64,000 nt of DNA from assembly GCA_002633005.1 (NCBI GenBank), contig NMRA01000176.1:443740-507739 (forward strand), read 5' to 3'. The notes under the pieces were generated by a model. That model made no database searches, was not told where the DNA came from, and worked only from the letters and a program-made list of their open reading frames with translations. How positions within the stretch are numbered: position 1 is the first letter of the stretch; every line of letters starts with the position of its first letter. Position numbers and translations under genes: made by a program. Shown here piece by piece: positions 60,678-64,000 of the stretch. The DNA comes from Phoronis australis (taxonomy: Eukaryota; Animalia; Phoronida).

Positions 60678-60912
60678 ATGTTGCGAACAGTTTATCCTGT
60701 CAGCACGCCATCTTTTGGTCACATCATATGACCTAATGAATATAAATACGAAAAGATTTCTATCCCTGACAGGGACTCGAACCCAGGATCCAATCAGACG
60801 GTCCTTGGTTCGAGTCCCGGTCGGGGCAGAAATCTTTTCGGACTTATATTCATTAGGTCACGTGATGTGACCAGAAAGATGGCGTTCTGACGGGATAAAC
60901 TGTTCGCTACAT
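60678..60912. repeat. Palindromic (inverted-dimer) tRNA-derived repeat
   Basis: Near-perfect inverted arms of about 110 bp, each containing a tRNA 3'-half (GGTTCGAGTCCCGGTCGGGGCA and its reverse complement), separated by a loop of about 13 nt. Confidence 0.75.
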
Positions 60913-61029
60913 AAAACTTCCTCCATCTACGGTTTGTGAAATTATACCCACTAATCTATTTCCTAAGTCAATAAACAGTTTATTGTCATTTGAATTGTAA
61001 GAAAATTTTAGGACACTTTGTATAGCTGT

Positions 61030-61717
61030 CCGACATTCATTAATATCTTTAAGACTTTTTTCAGATAGGCAAATCAAATCGTTTAGTGTACTTTTATATT
61101 TGGGGATCTGATGATAGATCGAATATTCTCAATGTCTGCTTGCAACTAAGTTGGTTGAAGCATTGTCATTTTCTACAAGATAAGCTTCTATTTGTAAAAA
61201 AATCATCAGCCAATCAGCTCATTTTCTTAGATACACAAACATGAAATCCAGAAATCAACAATCGAATCCATGACCAATACGTTTACCTTGATTTCAAGAC
61301 TTTTAAGTCAAGGAGGAATTAAAATTCCTCCTTGATAACGTGTTCGTGACTTTCAACGACAAATCTTGTACAGAAGTCAAAAAGTAATGCATATATTGTC
61401 ATTTGAATTGTGAGTTGGGAATTGGGAATTGTCCAAGTTTCATCAATATCCTTGAGAGTTATTTTAGATAGGCAAGAAGCGTCCAAGTGCACTTTACTAT
61501 ATGGGGATTTGATCATAGAGTTTTTTTTCCATATTCAGGCTTCATTAAAATTCACTAAAACGTCATCATTTCTTAAAATATTAGCTTCTAATTGCCAAAA
61601 ACCATTTATTAACCTGTCTGTTTCCGTAGATACACAAACACGTAAATCAAAATGGAATGTCATAAGCAATTTCCGCAGACATGATTGCAGATTTTTGACG
61701 AGTAACCCGGGCAACAT
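61030..61717 (-). pseudogene. Decayed coding remnant with an internal duplication spaced about 135 codons apart; family unknown
   Basis: ORFs 61535-61717 and 61319-61516 are in one frame, split by a single stop. The segment VCVS..QLEA..ND..IKSPYSKVH..CLSKITLKDIDE recurs about 400 nt downstream as VCVS..QIEA..ND..IRSPNIKVH..CLSEKSLKDINE, with stops and frameshifts. Confidence 0.45.
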
Positions 61718-62518
61718 GGGAGATGGGCATTCATATTAAGGTGTAGTTTTGCTCCTTTCTGAGGTACCTATACCGGTTCACGAGTTTAACTTGAACTCCA
61801 AAAAACGCCGAAATATTTGTTTACTATTGCGAGTATTTTGAGTACCCCCGTTTGACATGTAAACGGTCATCACAAATCGTAGCTCCCAGTCTTTTCGACA
61901 TTTGTGAATTCATTACAAACAGTTCCTAGTAACGACCTTCAAAAGAAAAACTATTCTTGTGATACTACTGGAAAAATATGACCTTATTCGCAACTAATTA
62001 TCGGCAGGGCCGTAGGAAGCGGGGGGGGGAGAGCTGGGAGGGCACGGGCTCCCCAAAAAGTTTAGGCGTTAGGGTTAACCGTGGCAACCGACATACGCGT
62101 GGGGCGGGGACAGTCGAGAAAAGAAAGACTGCTAAATACGGATAAGAGAGAGAATATTTAACAACTCTGTATCAGTGCATGGTTTACCTCTTGGAACCCT
62201 GGCCAGGGCATTGTTGTTGGGGTCTCCGCTTTCGCAGCACAGGTCGTCTAAATGCACTTGGCAACGTGCACGTAATGATTCATGCATATACTTCGAAAAA
62301 TCGACAAAATTTGTTAAGCGAAGCTTTTGCGGAGCGTAGTAATTTACTGGATTTTTAAATTCAGTAAGTCAATTTTGCGACTGCAAACCCACATTTTTCC
62401 AGAGGCCNTGTCCTAAAATGTTCTCACAATTCAAATGACAATAAATTGTTTGTTGGCTTAAGAACTAGATTACTGGGTTTAAGTTTACAAACCGTACATG
62501 TACATGTATATCGAAAAC

Positions 62519-63385
62519 GAAGTTTAAGTACCTAAATAAATGAAATGAACCTCATTGGTTATATAATTGGAAAGGTTGTCTTTGAACATCCTCGATGTTT
62601 TTGGTTTCTAGTGGTATTGCGCAATGATTTTTTGTTCTTCAAAACTGAATATCGTTTGCTTGCATTTTCCGTGCATACTATAAACACGGTATGCGCGCAC
62701 CCAGCCTAAAATATAGGGGGGGGGCTCGAATTTTTGAGGATGTGGACTTTTACTAAAAAAAAACAATAGGAGGTTAGTTCAGGGCTATGAATTGTGCATA
62801 CGCAGAATCCTGCCTTTTTAGTTGGCTTATGTCTCGTTTTTCTCAGTCTTTTTGTTTCTCTGAGGCGTACCTTATTGCCCACTTTGCCATTGAGCCCCCC
62901 AGGTGCACACATGCACGGAGCACTTCATGACGTGCACACCCATGTTAAAAGTAAAGTGTAACGATGCAGTAGGCCTGCTTGGAATCTCAGGTACCCACGA
63001 GAACTGAATTTGAACTCCAGACGTTGAATTGTGTACATTTTTGGGACAAACTCTGTATCATTTTACACAGCAACCAGAAACTGGACTACCGGTTATGTTT
63101 CATCAAGGGATTCTGAAACGGCTACAAAGGCACTCATACCAGGCACCTCGGGACCTCACCTTTCCAAAAATTACTTCAAAAATAGGCCATTATAAAATGA
63201 AATTTTCTGGAAACTGAATCATAATAAAAGAAACCTTGGCCTTCGACCCAGCTATAGTTACTTCAGGCAGCTCCCAGCTACCCGTCAGTGCGATCGGGGC
63301 CTAGACCCATTCTTACTATCCGTGAATCTTTGTTGGTTCACGGTTAATCAAATCATGATGGCTGCATCTCCGGTATTACCCCCAA
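62519..63385. repeat. Long diverged inverted repeat, right copy (interrupted by MITE 62690-62913)
   Basis: Reverse-complement similarity to 59915-60640 along its length. Confidence 0.75.
62690..62913. mobile_element. Small MITE with 5-bp TSD (CACGG); a second copy starts at about 58858 and runs into the N-gap
   Basis: Ends are (T)ATGCGCGCACCCAG ... GGTGCACACATG, with CACGG on both flanks. The paralogous inverted segment at about 60460-60490 lacks it (empty site). Confidence 0.7.
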
Positions 63386-63627
63386 CCTATGGCGGACGTG
63401 GGGGGTGGGGTTCGGTATAAATATGGTGAAATCCAGAGAACGGGGGGGGGTGACAATAGTAAGGGGGAAGGTTGGCGAAGTCAAATTGGTTTGTGCCCCC
63501 CCCCCCAATAATTTTTTCCTTCCAACGGACCTGATCGGAAGTATCCTTTTTGTGTAATTCACAAATAGTGATCTTAACGATCTTCAAAATTCCAAAGTTT
63601 TGATGGTGTTCAATCCTATTGTATTTT

Positions 63628-63805
63628 TCACATTTTTTGCTGTTGGGTGGAATGTTTTGATTTTGCTGTGCTGTGCAAGGTTATTTTGGGTTTTTGATGA
63701 ACTTGGAATCTCAACTTCCTCTCGTGAATACTTGGCAGTGTCGGATTTACATCTCTGGATACCCAATCGCACCACTGAGAGGGGGTGCCGTCTGAAATGT
63801 GACAC
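63628..63805 (-). CDS. Possible terminal exon of a gene entering from the right of the window
   Basis: A good acceptor (tctttcatcttag) is followed by the open frame CHISDGTPSQWCDWVSRDVNPTLPSIHERKLRF...M-stop. No recognised domain. Confidence 0.25.
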
Positions 63806-63958
63806 CTAAGATGAAAGACTACACATCATTATGCTTGGAAAAGAGAGACAGTTCATTCCATTGTCGGGTGACTTGCAAGAAGTGACATTCCTCAGCATGA
63901 AAGCCGGTTGTACGATTTCACAAAAAACAGGAAAATAGAGATAATGGATTCCATCATT

Positions 63959-64000
63959 GGGCCCTTTCTTTGTGAGTGGCCACTCACAAAGAAAGGGCCC
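63959..64000. repeat. Perfect 42-bp palindrome (no loop), possibly continuing beyond the window
   Basis: gggccctttctttgtgagtgg|ccactcacaaagaaagggccc. Confidence 0.9.

Overview
AT-rich, intron-containing animal (probably invertebrate) genomic DNA from a draft scaffold. It has an N-gap at 59014-59899 and single Ns at 21917 and 62408. Four protein-coding genes can be rebuilt by hand from splice signals and reading-frame continuity. (1) An LRR plus C-terminal death-domain protein, LRRD1-like (+, 3634-7471). (2) A 15-exon membrane-anchored CLCA zinc-metalloprotease/vWA protein (-, 12967-27696, about 1046 aa). (3) A 17-exon GH2 beta-mannosidase, MANBA (+, 30467-50037, about 944 aa), with one GC-AG intron. 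(4) An apparent type II membrane protein with eight LDL-receptor class A repeats in a single exon and no protease domain (-, 53078-56284, 5' end unresolved). Introns and intergenic DNA hold micro- and minisatellites, TTAA-flanked and 5-bp-TSD MITEs, a decayed THAP-carrying Kolobok-like element, and a tRNA-derived repeat family found as head-to-head inverted pairs. The right end has about 0.7-kb inverted repeats bracketing a decayed, internally duplicated ORF of unknown family. There are no prokaryotic systems, CRISPR arrays or rRNA. The best leads are the palindromic tRNA-derived elements, the protease-less LDLa type II protein, and the inverted-repeat-bracketed unknown pseudogene. All annotation was done by eye, without database searches.
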